DNA of 32,000 nucleotides from Acaryochloris thomasi RCC1774 (GCF_003231495.1 NZ_PQWO01000011.1:156894-188893); one strand, 5' to 3'. Counted from the stretch's first letter, positions 8,573 to 17,917 are shown. The notes: generated by a model not told the origin, from the letters alone. Numbers and translations: made by a program.

Positions 8573-8923
8573 TTAGAGATCGACAATCGTTTCAAAGCCA
8601 CCAAAGATCATGCGTTTGCCATCAAAGGGCATCTCTTTCATATTTTGCATACGCGGATCAGCCATCGCCTTTTTATTACCTTTATCTCGTTCGGCACGAG
8701 AAGGCCAGACAAGCCAAGAAAAGACGACGGTTTCATCCCCGCCACATTTGACCGCCAACGGGAATGACGTTAGCTCTCCATCGGGAACATCATCTCCCCA
8801 ACATTCAACGACTTTTAAGGCACCATATTTTCTGAAGATCGCACAAGCGTCTTCAGCAAACTTCTGATAGCTCTCGCGGCTTGCCGTGGGGACTGCCAGA
8901 ACAAATCCATCTACATAAGCCAT
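8573..8923 (-). CDS. DUF1428 family protein (YbaA-like)
   Basis: MAYVDGFVLAVP...ECWGDDVPDG...FSW..W is typical of DUF1428. ATG at 8923 is preceded by AAGGAG. The ORF-track TTG at 8944 is less likely. Confidence 0.8.
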   Translation of the reverse strand: MAYVDGFVLAVPTASRESYQKFAEDACAIFRKYGALKVVECWGDDVPDGELTSFPLAVKCGGDETVVFSWLVWPSRAERDKGNKKAMADPRMQNMKEMPFDGKRMIFGGFETIVDL

Positions 8924-8976
8924 AAGGGTCTCCTTCTTACTCAAATCAGCGATATTGCAAGTCTGTCAGCCCTTCA

Positions 8977-9423
8977 TTAAGAGGCCATTGCAGCCATGTG
9001 TTTCTCAACTTCCTCCATAGGGATTTCTTTCACTTGGGTTGAGAAGGTCCAGCTATATCCGAAGGGATCACTGACGACAGCAGTGCGATCTCCCCAGAAC
9101 ATATCCTCGGGTTCAGAAACGCTGGTCATTCCACCATCAACTGCATGGTCATAGGATTTATCTACATCGGGCACATACAGATAGAAAGCAACAGATGTAT
9201 TGCCCTCTGGTGCTTTTCGGGGTGAACCCTCAAACTCATCATTCATAAAGATCTTGGAGTCCCCAATAGAAGCAGAAGCGTGTATCACGCAACCTTGGGG
9301 CGATTCGAGCACACCATCAACTATCAGATTAAGGGTGCGCTTATAAAACTCGATAGCAGCCTTCGTATCCTTATAGGTGGCATTGGCCGTCAGCGCATGA
9401 AATCCCTCTGGTTTGTAATTCAT
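8977..9423 (-). CDS. VOC (glyoxalase/bleomycin-resistance) family protein, PhnB-like
   Basis: 148 aa. AIEFYKRTL...IGDSKIFMNDE...MFWGDRTAVVSDPFGYSW pattern of the PhnB-like VOC fold. Confidence 0.8.
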   Translation of the reverse strand: MNYKPEGFHALTANATYKDTKAAIEFYKRTLNLIVDGVLESPQGCVIHASASIGDSKIFMNDEFEGSPRKAPEGNTSVAFYLYVPDVDKSYDHAVDGGMTSVSEPEDMFWGDRTAVVSDPFGYSWTFSTQVKEIPMEEVEKHMAAMAS

Positions 9424-9537
9424 AGCCCATTACCTCTTAAATAGTATTTATGTACTATATTCTAGCAGGCCATCTTCTGCTGGCAGTGTGCTCTAAATCA
9501 CATGGTTTGTAACCAAAGGCAAAGACCGAACTGAACA

Positions 9538-11268
9538 TTAGTCCTTCTGCACTCTCACCAATTGGTAAGCGCCAACCTCCTGCAGCACTTGGAGGCGCTG
9601 AGGATCTAATTCAAGCGCTTCAATGCGGTGAGGATAAGCCACTAAAAGGACAGAGCGTTCAGACTGCTCCCAAGCGCCCTTGAGCCTCGCCTTAATCTGT
9701 CGAACCTTGTATAGATAGTCGACGGGCATCTGTGTATAAAAAACTAAGCTGGGTTTGAAGCCCGCCTGGATAATTGGCTCTCCGGTTTGATGTTCGCGTT
9801 TGATAGTCTCTGCAATTTGACGCAGCGGGAGCTGACGCTGACTGTCCATGATTTGCAGGGTGGGCAAAAAAGTAAGACTGAGAAACAACACCATTGCCAC
9901 GACGTTGATCCACCATAGACCGCGCAGGTTTCTCCAAAGAAGAACGAGGCTTGCGATCGCACCTCCGCCCCAAATCAAGCCGCCCCAGACCATGACGCCT
10001 GATTCCTGCACCATCCTCGGGAAGTCTGGCATTGACTGATCGTTGCCCAGCCAGCTAGAGCTGTAAAAGCAGGCTATTGATAGAGCGATCAGCAGTAATA
10101 GGTGCGCTATGACACTCAGGATTATGCCCCAGCGCCTGCGAATAGGGCCGGAGATGCGATCGCTCAGTCCTCCCACCAAAATGGCCGCAGCGGGCATGAG
10201 TGGCAGCACATAGCTCGGCAGCTTCGTCACCGCGATGGTGAAGAAGATTAAAACCCCAAAAAACCAGTGCAGCGCAAAGAGACCTAACTGTTCTGTTCTC
10301 GGCTGCTGCCGCCAGCGTAGCGGTTGCCAAGCCTGCAGGCGTGTGATCCCCAAAGGGAGCCAAACGGACCAGGGCGCAAACCCTAAAAGCACGATGGCAA
10401 AGTAAAAATACCAAGGTGCAGCATGGTCATTGACGACGCTCGTGAATCGCTCCAGGTTGTGATAGCCGAAGAAAGACTCTAGATATGCTTGGCCATTCGC
10501 CCCGATTACAAGGACATACCAGGGCACCGTCAGCAGCAAAAATAAGCCACTTCCCAGCCGCAGCGGCAGTTCGCGCATCACCGACCGCAGCTGCCCTAGG
10601 TAGAGCAAGAACGAAAGAATGATCAAACTCGGTAGGACAACGCCTACTGGTCCCTTCGCTAAAACAGCTAGGGCATCCAAGATAAAAAAGGCTAGATACC
10701 AGTGCTGCTGTTGCCTCCCCTGACACGCGTAGCCGATAAAAAAAGCTAGCAGGGCCATCCCTATACAGGCGGTTAGCAATAGATCTGAGACCCCCTGCCG
10801 GCCCCAGAGGATCAGCTCCGGCGTCAGGATGATCATGGCGGTACTCATCCAGGCTAGATAGGTAGGGTTCTTCTCTTTGAGGTTCGTTCCTGTGGAGGGT
10901 AGGCTAGGGCAGCCAAAGCGTTGCAGTGTATAAAAACTCAGGCTCACGAGAGCAAGGGCTGAGAGAGCCGAAGGAAGTCGAGCGGACCACTCATTCACGC
11001 CTAGCACCTGATAAGTAAGGGCCATTAGCCAATAGATGAGTGGCGGTTTATCGAAGCGCGTTTCACCGTTGAAGTATGGGGTGACCCAGTCTCCTGTTGC
11101 CTGCATTTGACGAGCGGCTTCCACAAACAGTGGCTCGGTTTCGTCAACGAGGCCAATGCTGCCCAACTGCCAGATAAAGGCAATGCCAAAGAGAACGGCT
11201 AAGCCCAGGATAGAAAGCCACTGGCGGCGCTGTTGTTCGCTGGTCGGGCGTGAATGACTCGATGACAT
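9538..11268 (-). CDS. ArnT/PMT-like (GT39/GT83-type) membrane glycosyltransferase
   Basis: 576 aa, more than 10 predicted TM helices. N-terminal loop motif DETEPLFVEAARQM...TPYFNGETRFDKPPLIYW is characteristic of 4-amino-4-deoxy-L-arabinose / dolichyl-phosphate-mannose-type transferases. Confidence 0.85.
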   Translation of the reverse strand: MSSSHSRPTSEQQRRQWLSILGLAVLFGIAFIWQLGSIGLVDETEPLFVEAARQMQATGDWVTPYFNGETRFDKPPLIYWLMALTYQVLGVNEWSARLPSALSALALVSLSFYTLQRFGCPSLPSTGTNLKEKNPTYLAWMSTAMIILTPELILWGRQGVSDLLLTACIGMALLAFFIGYACQGRQQQHWYLAFFILDALAVLAKGPVGVVLPSLIILSFLLYLGQLRSVMRELPLRLGSGLFLLLTVPWYVLVIGANGQAYLESFFGYHNLERFTSVVNDHAAPWYFYFAIVLLGFAPWSVWLPLGITRLQAWQPLRWRQQPRTEQLGLFALHWFFGVLIFFTIAVTKLPSYVLPLMPAAAILVGGLSDRISGPIRRRWGIILSVIAHLLLLIALSIACFYSSSWLGNDQSMPDFPRMVQESGVMVWGGLIWGGGAIASLVLLWRNLRGLWWINVVAMVLFLSLTFLPTLQIMDSQRQLPLRQIAETIKREHQTGEPIIQAGFKPSLVFYTQMPVDYLYKVRQIKARLKGAWEQSERSVLLVAYPHRIEALELDPQRLQVLQEVGAYQLVRVQKD

Positions 11269-11341
11269 GCAGATCTCAGATGACGGCTGCCAGACTCTAC
11301 TGTAGCGGCAATCATCGGTTCTGAAATACGGTCCTTACTTC

Positions 11342-11608
11342 TCAGGAAGGGTCTAGAGGAGAACCGTCATGAAAGGAGCGCGATCGCATCTGTGCATAAA
11401 GCTGTCGATTAAGCTGTTGTCGAAATTCAAGGAACTTAGCTGAAGGCTGGTAGCTGCGTCCTTTGCTCTCGGCAATGCACTGGTCAAGCGCCTGAGTCAG
11501 TCTATCTAGCAGGGCTAGAGCATTCTGATCATCAATGGCCGTCTGGAGGTACAACACTGAGATCAAATTATCAATTTCTGTTTCGGTCAGGCCAATCCTG
11601 CAATTCAT
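11342..11608 (-). CDS. Hypothetical protein
   Basis: 88-aa helical ORF with ATG and GGAG about 10 nt upstream. Lies 73 nt upstream of the glycosyltransferase on the same strand. No family recognised. Confidence 0.45.
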   Translation of the reverse strand: MNCRIGLTETEIDNLISVLYLQTAIDDQNALALLDRLTQALDQCIAESKGRSYQPSAKFLEFRQQLNRQLYAQMRSRSFHDGSPLDPS

Positions 11609-11956
11609 CTAAAAATTACTCCTGTGATGCGGTATTCCCCCCACATCGGTGGTTCAGCACGCAAAGTGTCGCCTGACCTCCCAATCATGAGAACCAGATG
11701 CTGATTAAATCAAATTTCTTAATTGTGAAGTTACGGAGACGGCGAACATCTACCCCTGGATGTGCCGCTTTCCCCCAATGCTCCGTTTGTCCCAATAAAG
11801 ACATAGACCCACTTTATTAAAGATAATTCATTGACTCTTAATCGTCGAGAGTGGTCAATAGAAAGGTGATGGTAATTAATGGAAAAAAGCTTGCAGCTAA
11901 TAGAAAATAAACCCTTGCCTGATTTTCGGCTATCAGCTCTTTGAGGACAATCTGCC

Positions 11957-12757
11957 ATGACCGAGCTAAGCAAAATTTTGCTGTATCCCATTAAGTCTCT
12001 AGATGGGATTGCGGTTACGCAAGCGACATTACTTCCTGGCGGTGCGCTACAGGGCGATCGTGAGTTGGCGATTGTTGATGCCAATCACCAACTGATTAAT
12101 GGCAAACGGAACGCTGATATTCACCGGTTGCGATCGCAATTCGACTTACCCCAGCGCTTAATCCATCTCAATATTCAGGGAGAGTCAAGTACCACCAGCT
12201 TCCATCTTGATCTGCAGCGGCCAGCTTTGGAGGCTTGGTTCAGCGATTATTTTGAGCAGCCGGTCCATCTGATGCAAAATCTGGAGACGGGGTTCCCGGA
12301 TGATCTAGAGTCAACGGGGCCAACATTTGTCAGCGTGGCAAGTTTAGAGACGGTGGCGAGTTGGTATTCCGACCTGAATGTTGAGGCGATCCGGCGGCGG
12401 TTTCGTACGAATCTAGAGCTGGATGCCGCCACAGCCTTTTGGGAAGATCGCTTATTTGGAGAGCCAAATGTGCCGCTGCCGTTTCGGGTGGGGGATGTCC
12501 AATTCTTGGGGATCAATCCCTGCCAGCGCTGCCCGGTACCGACGCGCGATCCTGATACAGGGGACGTCTACTCAGGGTTTCAGAAAACCTTTGTTGCTAA
12601 GCGCCGGGAGACGCTACCGGAGGGGGTGTTGCGATCGCGGTTTAATCACTTCTATAGACTGACGGTGAACACTCAGGTTCCGGCTTCAGAAGCGGGTAAG
12701 GTGCTGAGGGTCGGAGATGCCGTTGAAACCATAGCTGGACGGTATGATTTAAGCTGA
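11957..12757 (+). CDS. MOSC domain-containing protein (MOSC_N beta-barrel plus MOSC)
   Basis: 266 aa. N-terminus LLYPIKSLDG is typical of MOSC_N. Conserved Cys context GINPCQRCPVPTRDPDTG is typical of the MOSC domain. Confidence 0.85.
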   Translation: MTELSKILLYPIKSLDGIAVTQATLLPGGALQGDRELAIVDANHQLINGKRNADIHRLRSQFDLPQRLIHLNIQGESSTTSFHLDLQRPALEAWFSDYFEQPVHLMQNLETGFPDDLESTGPTFVSVASLETVASWYSDLNVEAIRRRFRTNLELDAATAFWEDRLFGEPNVPLPFRVGDVQFLGINPCQRCPVPTRDPDTGDVYSGFQKTFVAKRRETLPEGVLRSRFNHFYRLTVNTQVPASEAGKVLRVGDAVETIAGRYDLS

Positions 12758-12780
12758 CGTTGTGCTTTTTGAGGTTAAGT

Positions 12781-14565
12781 GTGGCTATTACTGGTTCGCG
12801 CCTGCGGCGTTGGGTCTCGATGGGTTTGGCTTTTGTATTTGCGATCGCAACCAGCGGCTGCAGCCTAGAGAGCTTTAGAACCGAAGCGGCCCAGGTTCCT
12901 GAACTCGTCACCAGCGTTCTCAGCGGCCCAGCCACCTTTAACTATGCCCTGAGTCAAGAATCTCCGAATATTTTCACCTATACCTATGAAGGACTCGTCA
13001 CCAGCAACCCGATCACCGGAGATGTCGAACCTGCCCTCGCTGAATCCTGGGAGATTTCAGAAGACAAGCTCAAGATTGAATTTTTGCTGCGGCCCAATCT
13101 AAAGTGGTCAGACGGTCAGCCATTGACGGTAGACGACGTGGTCTTTACCTACAACGATATCTATCTCAACGAAGATATCCCCACCGATACCCGTGACGCC
13201 TTACGGATTGGGGAAAGTGGGGCTTTCCCTAATATTCGCAAGTTAGACGATCGCCGCGTTGAGTTCACAGTCCCTGAACCCTTTGCTCCTTTTCTACAAG
13301 CAACCGGCACGCCCATCCTGCCCGCCCATATCCTGCGGGAAACTGTGGAGAAAAAAGATTCTGCAGGGAAGCCTATTTTTAACTCGACGTGGAGTGTCGA
13401 AACGGCTCCAGAGAAGATCATTGTTAATGGTCCCTACAAGTTAGCCAACTACACTATTGATCAACGGGTCATTTACCGTCGCAACCCCTATTATTGGCGC
13501 TATCAAACCTCAGGTGCTTCTGATGGCAACATCGAGCGTATTGTCTGGCAGATTGTGGAATCGGCTGATGCTTCGCTATTACAGTTCCGCTCAGGAGGTC
13601 TCGATTCTGTAGGGGTCACGCCTGAGCAGTTTTCGCTGCTGAAACGAGAAGAAGAAGAAGGTAACTTTGAAATTTTGGAGGGCGGCCCAGCCCCTGGCAC
13701 CAACTTTGTTTTCTTCAACTTAAACACAGGTAAACGCAAAGGTCGGCCTTTAGTTGATCCTGTTAAATCAAAGTGGTTCAATAACGTGGCTTTTCGCCAA
13801 GCCGTTGCCTATGCCGTCAATCGGCAAAAGATGCTAACTAACACGTTTTTAGGATTAGGGAAAACGCAGAACTCACCGGTTTCCGTTCAGAGTCCTTTTT
13901 ATCTGACGCCAGAGGAGGGACTAAAAACCTATGACTATGATCCCGAAAAAGCGAAGCAGCTGTTAACAGGAGCAGGCTTTCAGTACAAGGGCAACGAGCT
14001 GTACGACTCAGACGGGAATCGAGTCCAATTCGTGCTGAAAACAAATTCGGGGAATGCCACGCGAGAAGCACTAGGGGCACAGATCAAACAAGATCTAGCA
14101 GGCATTGGGATGCAGGTGGATTTTGCTCCGCTGGCGTTTGGTACGCTTGTGGACCAGCTTTCGTCTTCACTAGAGTGGGAGTGCGTTCTGCTGGGTTTGA
14201 CGGGGGGAACTGAACCTCACTTCGGTAAAAACGTCTGGGATCCAGACGGTGGTCTGCATATGTTCAATCAGGCCGCTGATGGTGTGGAGGGGCGGGTTGT
14301 CAATGACTGGGAACAAGAAATTGGTCAGCTCTATATTCAAGGTGCACGAGAGTTAGATGAGGCCAAGCGCAAAGAAATCTATTCTAAAACTCAGCAGATT
14401 TCTCAGGAGCAACTGCCCCTCATTTATCTGATTAATCCTCTATCATTGAACGCGGTTCGCAACAAGTTTACCGGCATTCAGTATTCAGCCTTGGGCGGTG
14501 CATTCTGGAACATTCACGACATTTCTGCAGAGAATCCAGCAGAGCGTGCGGAAATCACTGAGTAG
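12781..14565 (+). CDS. ABC transporter substrate-binding lipoprotein, family 5 (peptide/nickel type)
   Basis: Signal peptide with lipobox-like AIATSGC. Family-5 SBP length and motifs (...WSDGQPLTVDDVVFTY...). GTG at 12781 has GAGG 6 nt upstream. TTG 12760 and ATG 12820 are alternatives. No permease or ATPase gene is adjacent. Confidence 0.85.
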   Translation: MAITGSRLRRWVSMGLAFVFAIATSGCSLESFRTEAAQVPELVTSVLSGPATFNYALSQESPNIFTYTYEGLVTSNPITGDVEPALAESWEISEDKLKIEFLLRPNLKWSDGQPLTVDDVVFTYNDIYLNEDIPTDTRDALRIGESGAFPNIRKLDDRRVEFTVPEPFAPFLQATGTPILPAHILRETVEKKDSAGKPIFNSTWSVETAPEKIIVNGPYKLANYTIDQRVIYRRNPYYWRYQTSGASDGNIERIVWQIVESADASLLQFRSGGLDSVGVTPEQFSLLKREEEEGNFEILEGGPAPGTNFVFFNLNTGKRKGRPLVDPVKSKWFNNVAFRQAVAYAVNRQKMLTNTFLGLGKTQNSPVSVQSPFYLTPEEGLKTYDYDPEKAKQLLTGAGFQYKGNELYDSDGNRVQFVLKTNSGNATREALGAQIKQDLAGIGMQVDFAPLAFGTLVDQLSSSLEWECVLLGLTGGTEPHFGKNVWDPDGGLHMFNQAADGVEGRVVNDWEQEIGQLYIQGARELDEAKRKEIYSKTQQISQEQLPLIYLINPLSLNAVRNKFTGIQYSALGGAFWNIHDISAENPAERAEITE

Positions 14566-14604
14566 AGTGACAGTTGTGGTAGCCGTTTTACACTTTTTAT
14601 ATGG

Positions 14605-16032
14605 TCATTCAAAAATTTCATCTAATTTGTCTTCTAGCTTTTTGCGTTGTGAATCGCTGAGATCAAATCTGCAGAATTTTGTTACTCTCAGCAAGTCTTC
14701 AAAATGAGGTATTTCTCTCAATTCTGCAGAGAAGTCTGTCCATTGATTGCTCGACAAACTCAACTCTTTGAGGTTGACTAATTCTCCGAACATAGATGGA
14801 AAATGACTTATCTGATTGTCAGCAAGATCAAGTTTTTGCAGATTCACAAGCTGCCTAATTTCCACTGGCAGGCTACTTAATTGATTGCCGCAAAGCTCAA
14901 GCTCGTTTAGATTGGATAGCTGACTAATTTCCTCTGGTAGCCTGCTCAATCTATTATTCCAGAAGATAAGTTTTCTAAGCTGTTTGAGATTTCCAATCCC
15001 TTTCGGTAAATCACTTAGCTCATTTTCAGCAAGAGAAATTATTTGAAGTTGCGGTAAATTTAAAGTATTTTCTGGGAAAAAACTTAGTTTATTGTCAGAC
15101 AGATTAATCTCTTGTAGGTTTTCTAATTGCCCTACTTCTGTCGGTAGTTGACTGAGCTTATTGGCATAGAGAGAAAGTTCTTTGAGTTTGACTAATTGAC
15201 CAATCTCCTTAGGTAGGCGGCTCAGTCTGTTATCAGACAGTATAAGTTTTTCTAAATTTACTAACTGCCCGACTTGTTTTGGTAGTCTCCTCAGTTGATT
15301 CCCTTTGAGGTTCATCTTCTGCAATTTTTTTGACTGCCCGACTTCTGAAGGGATGCGGCTCAGCTTATTGTTAGAAAAGTCTATCACTCTCAAGTTTATA
15401 AGCTGCTCAATCCCCTCTGGAAAACTGCTCAGATGGCTATAAGTCACACTGAGGATTTGAAGATTTTTCAGTCGTGCGATTTCTTGAGGCAGGCGATCGA
15501 TCTGTGTTCTCTGAATGGAAAGTTCCTTTAAATTTGCTAATTGTCCAATCTCGGAAGGCAGAGCACTTAGATTCTTGCTGGAGATGACCAGCGTTTCTAG
15601 CTTTTCTAATCGTCCAATTTCTGTGGGCAAACCATTCAAATTATCAGCATGTAGAATCAGTGTTTTTAGATTCTTGAGCTGCCCGATTTCTGCTGGGATG
15701 CTGCTCAGTTCGTCGTTGTGAATGCTGAAGGTCTTCAGATCTTTCAACTTCCCAATTTCTGAGGGAATTTTTCTAATAGGTAGGTTGCTCAAATTGAGTC
15801 GAGTTGCCTGTCTCTCGAGCGCTGTCTGAATCCGATCCTGCGCCTCTGTGTCAGCCAGGTCCGCTTGAGCATAATATTCTAGGTCTGCAGGATGCTCCCT
15901 AGTTTGATGGGGTAGGGATAATGCAGCATAATTTTGATGCCTAGGGCTACAGATGCCAGCCGTGATAGTCAACAGTGCCAACAGCACTTTGAGGTATTTT
16001 CGGTTGTGCAGAATCATCTGTAAGTAGCTCAT
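14605..16032 (-). CDS. Secreted leucine-rich repeat (LRR) protein, about 16 tandem 23-residue repeats
   Basis: Repeats of the form LxxLPxEIGQLxNLxxLxLxxNxL run from about residue 90 to 455. The N-terminus HNRKYLKVLLALLTITAGICS looks like a signal peptide. ATG 16032 or 16017 is preferred over the TTG at 16068. The gene is markedly AT-rich. Confidence 0.85.
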   Translation of the reverse strand: MSYLQMILHNRKYLKVLLALLTITAGICSPRHQNYAALSLPHQTREHPADLEYYAQADLADTEAQDRIQTALERQATRLNLSNLPIRKIPSEIGKLKDLKTFSIHNDELSSIPAEIGQLKNLKTLILHADNLNGLPTEIGRLEKLETLVISSKNLSALPSEIGQLANLKELSIQRTQIDRLPQEIARLKNLQILSVTYSHLSSFPEGIEQLINLRVIDFSNNKLSRIPSEVGQSKKLQKMNLKGNQLRRLPKQVGQLVNLEKLILSDNRLSRLPKEIGQLVKLKELSLYANKLSQLPTEVGQLENLQEINLSDNKLSFFPENTLNLPQLQIISLAENELSDLPKGIGNLKQLRKLIFWNNRLSRLPEEISQLSNLNELELCGNQLSSLPVEIRQLVNLQKLDLADNQISHFPSMFGELVNLKELSLSSNQWTDFSAELREIPHFEDLLRVTKFCRFDLSDSQRKKLEDKLDEIFE

Positions 16033-16230
16033 TGTAAGGCTCGATCCGATTAAAGAGGTTCGGAACAATGACCACCCAGTTCCGCAAATCGGAACCCACT
16101 ATTTTCATAGAGCCGGTACTCAACTTGCCCCCTTTTGTAAGGATGCCCACAGAATAAACATTGCTGCCCAAGAGAATTGCGGCGGCAGTTAGTCAGAAGA
16201 ATTCTACGATTTCTTTTTAGATGCTCGGGG

Positions 16231-16521
16231 TCAGTCGTCAGCCATGATTTTGGGCACTCGAAAAAAGTCGCCATCTTGCTCGGGTGCACCCGCTAGGATG
16301 CGATCGCGTTCTTCACAGGTCTGCTGTTGATCAACACGCGTCACATTACTGACATCAATGGCCCGCGTCGTTGGCTCCACACCCTCTACATCCAGCTCGC
16401 TGAGCTGATCAAAATAATCCAGAATATCGCCAAGCTGAGTCGTAAACTGTGATTCCTCTGCAGCCGTCAGCTCTAGGCGGGCTAGATTGGCCACCTTCAG
16501 TACTTCTTCGCGTTCAATCAT
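16231..16521 (-). CDS. gatC: Asp-tRNA(Asn)/Glu-tRNA(Gln) amidotransferase subunit C
   Basis: 96 aa. [22 protein letters not shown]...[15 protein letters not shown] matches the GatC pattern. Confidence 0.9.
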   Translation of the reverse strand: MIEREEVLKVANLARLELTAAEESQFTTQLGDILDYFDQLSELDVEGVEPTTRAIDVSNVTRVDQQQTCEERDRILAGAPEQDGDFFRVPKIMADD

Positions 16522-16543
16522 GTATAAAAACCATGTATAAAAA
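16519..16543 (-). repeat. Perfect 12-nt tandem duplication of the gatC start region (TTTTTATACATG x2, 1-nt spacer)
   Basis: Plus strand reads catgtataaaaa (16519-16530), c, catgtataaaaa (16532-16543). The copy at 16519-16530 supplies the gatC ATG. The other supplies an out-of-frame ATG 13 nt upstream, opening a 6-codon ORF (MVFIHD*). Confidence 0.9.
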
Positions 16544-17062
16544 TTACTTGCTATCCAACGTTGCTCTTCCCGTTGTCTTCAGCCAATTTTGTGCTTCAGG
16601 ATAGTTATTAGGCACTAAACGCACCGCCTTGACCCACAGATCAGCCGCGCGATCGTACATCTCTTCTGCCTCGTCAGTCTTACCCGCCTGCGTCGCCTCT
16701 TCCCCGCGTTGATGGAAGATTACCGCTGAGTTATTGAGTGCCTGAGGCATCTGAGGATTGAGATCTAACGCTTCGTCGTAGGTCTTCAGCGCCCTATCGT
16801 ATTCTGCGTTGCTCGTATAAATAAGAGCCATATTGTATAAAACAAAGCTGCGATCGTAGGGATCTTCCTCTAGTTCTAGGGCTTCTTTGTAGTTATCGAG
16901 GGCTTCGGCATACTCGCCATCGGCCTGAGCTGACATGCCATCTCGGTAGTAGGCAAATGCTTCCTTTGCCTTGGGGTTCGTCGGCAATAGCTTCAGGATA
17001 ATGTCTGCAATGACGGTAAACGTCTTATCAACAAAGTTATCGTTGCGTTGGGTTCTAGGCAT
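16544..17062 (-). CDS. ycf3: Photosystem I assembly protein Ycf3 (TPR)
   Basis: 172 aa. [28 protein letters not shown]...[18 protein letters not shown]...[11 protein letters not shown] is near-canonical Ycf3. Confidence 0.95.
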   Translation of the reverse strand: MPRTQRNDNFVDKTFTVIADIILKLLPTNPKAKEAFAYYRDGMSAQADGEYAEALDNYKEALELEEDPYDRSFVLYNMALIYTSNAEYDRALKTYDEALDLNPQMPQALNNSAVIFHQRGEEATQAGKTDEAEEMYDRAADLWVKAVRLVPNNYPEAQNWLKTTGRATLDSK

Positions 17063-17147
17063 AGTCGCTGAGCCGAGGTAGAGATGTCTAGATGATCACA
17101 ATGAACTGCGACCGAGTGCAAGCTTTAGTCTAACAGCTTTACTTTCA

Positions 17148-17162
17148 GCAAAGATTCTTTGC
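17148..17162 (-). terminator. Short hairpin GCAAAG-ATT-CTTTGC just after the CPBP gene stop; weak terminator candidate
   Basis: 6-bp perfect stem read directly. Lies 9 nt downstream of the stop at 17171. No strong U-tract. Confidence 0.25.
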
Positions 17163-17170
17163 CCAAAGGC

Positions 17171-17917
17171 TTATCTGACCGTCAATGCTGCGCCCACAAA
17201 CGCGATCAGATTGTTCAAGCTATGCATCGCCAGGGGCAGGTAGAGAGAGCGGGTTTTCAGTTGGGCAATCCCCAGCAGCAGACCAAACCCAAAGAGAATC
17301 CCCATAAAGAATAGATTGTACTGTAGGTGAATGACAGCCCAGATTCCTGACGAGATCAGAACAGCTCCGGTGGGGCCGAGGCTGGATCTCGCGATTCCGG
17401 GTATCATAAAGCCGCGAAATAAAAGCTCCTCAAACAGGGGGCCGACCAACACCACCGCAATAAACAGCGGGACTAAATGGTGAGCAGAGGTAAAAGCCTC
17501 CACCATAAACTGATCGCTTTGGTGAAACAGCTTCATCGATAACTCTGAAAGCACCAAAAAGCCCAGGAAAGCAATGTGCCAGAGGACAAAGGTTTTTACT
17601 GAAATACCGCGTAGCCCCAAATACTGGGGCACGGTGATGGAGCGCCGCAGACGCACAAAGAAGTAGATCAAACCGATGCCGATGGTATCCGCTACCAGGG
17701 TCGAGATGGCGAGCAAAAGGCCGTTCGTCTCTAAGCTCTTAGCAATCTGGGTGAAATCTTGAACTTCTGCTCCTGGCGTTTGGGCCATGACGATGAAAAT
17801 CGCGACCAATGCGATTGCCGTACTTGCCCCTAGCAAGGTACCGATAATCAGCGTGGAAAAACCGAGGGTTGGCCACAGGGGCCAAGGCTGTGGCTTCACG
17901 TTCATTGTCATCAGCAA
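17171..17917 (-). CDS. CPBP family intramembrane glutamic endopeptidase (CAAX protease-like)
   Basis: 248 aa, multi-TM. Motif 1 is EELLFRG. The later HxxxN/H motifs are WAVIHL and AMHSLNN. Confidence 0.85.
   Translation of the reverse strand: MLMTMNVKPQPWPLWPTLGFSTLIIGTLLGASTAIALVAIFIVMAQTPGAEVQDFTQIAKSLETNGLLLAISTLVADTIGIGLIYFFVRLRRSITVPQYLGLRGISVKTFVLWHIAFLGFLVLSELSMKLFHQSDQFMVEAFTSAHHLVPLFIAVVLVGPLFEELLFRGFMIPGIARSSLGPTGAVLISSGIWAVIHLQYNLFFMGILFGFGLLLGIAQLKTRSLYLPLAMHSLNNLIAFVGAALTVR

Noticed and set aside
9692-10726. Several 60-120 aa ORFs overlapping the ArnT-like gene in other frames, on both strands (9692-9973, 9744-9962, 9848-10039, 10055-10414, 10427-10726)
   Set aside because: These are shadow ORFs lying entirely within a well-supported 576-aa membrane protein gene. 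They have Arg/Ser/Pro-rich, compositionally odd translations typical of off-frame reading.
11731-12084. 117-aa minus-strand ORF spanning the MOSC start and the upstream spacer
   Set aside because: It overlaps the well-supported MOSC N-terminus in antisense. The remainder lies in AT-rich promoter-like DNA, and the translation is Ser/Arg/Cys-rich with no recognisable fold.
14740-15790. Regular 69-nt periodicity that could be mistaken for a repeat array or CRISPR
   Set aside because: The periodicity is in-frame coding for 23-residue LRR units. The repeats are diverged at the DNA level, there is no spacer/repeat alternation, and no cas genes are present.
16069-16289. Possible relic of a YfcE-type metallophosphoesterase C-terminus (CLFCGHPYKRGQVEYRLYENSGF, compared with GHTH...NPGS) in the LRR-gatC spacer
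   Set aside because: The match is limited to G-H and N-x-G at roughly the right spacing. The ORF runs into gatC in another frame and has no N-terminal part. This is too weak to call without a profile search.
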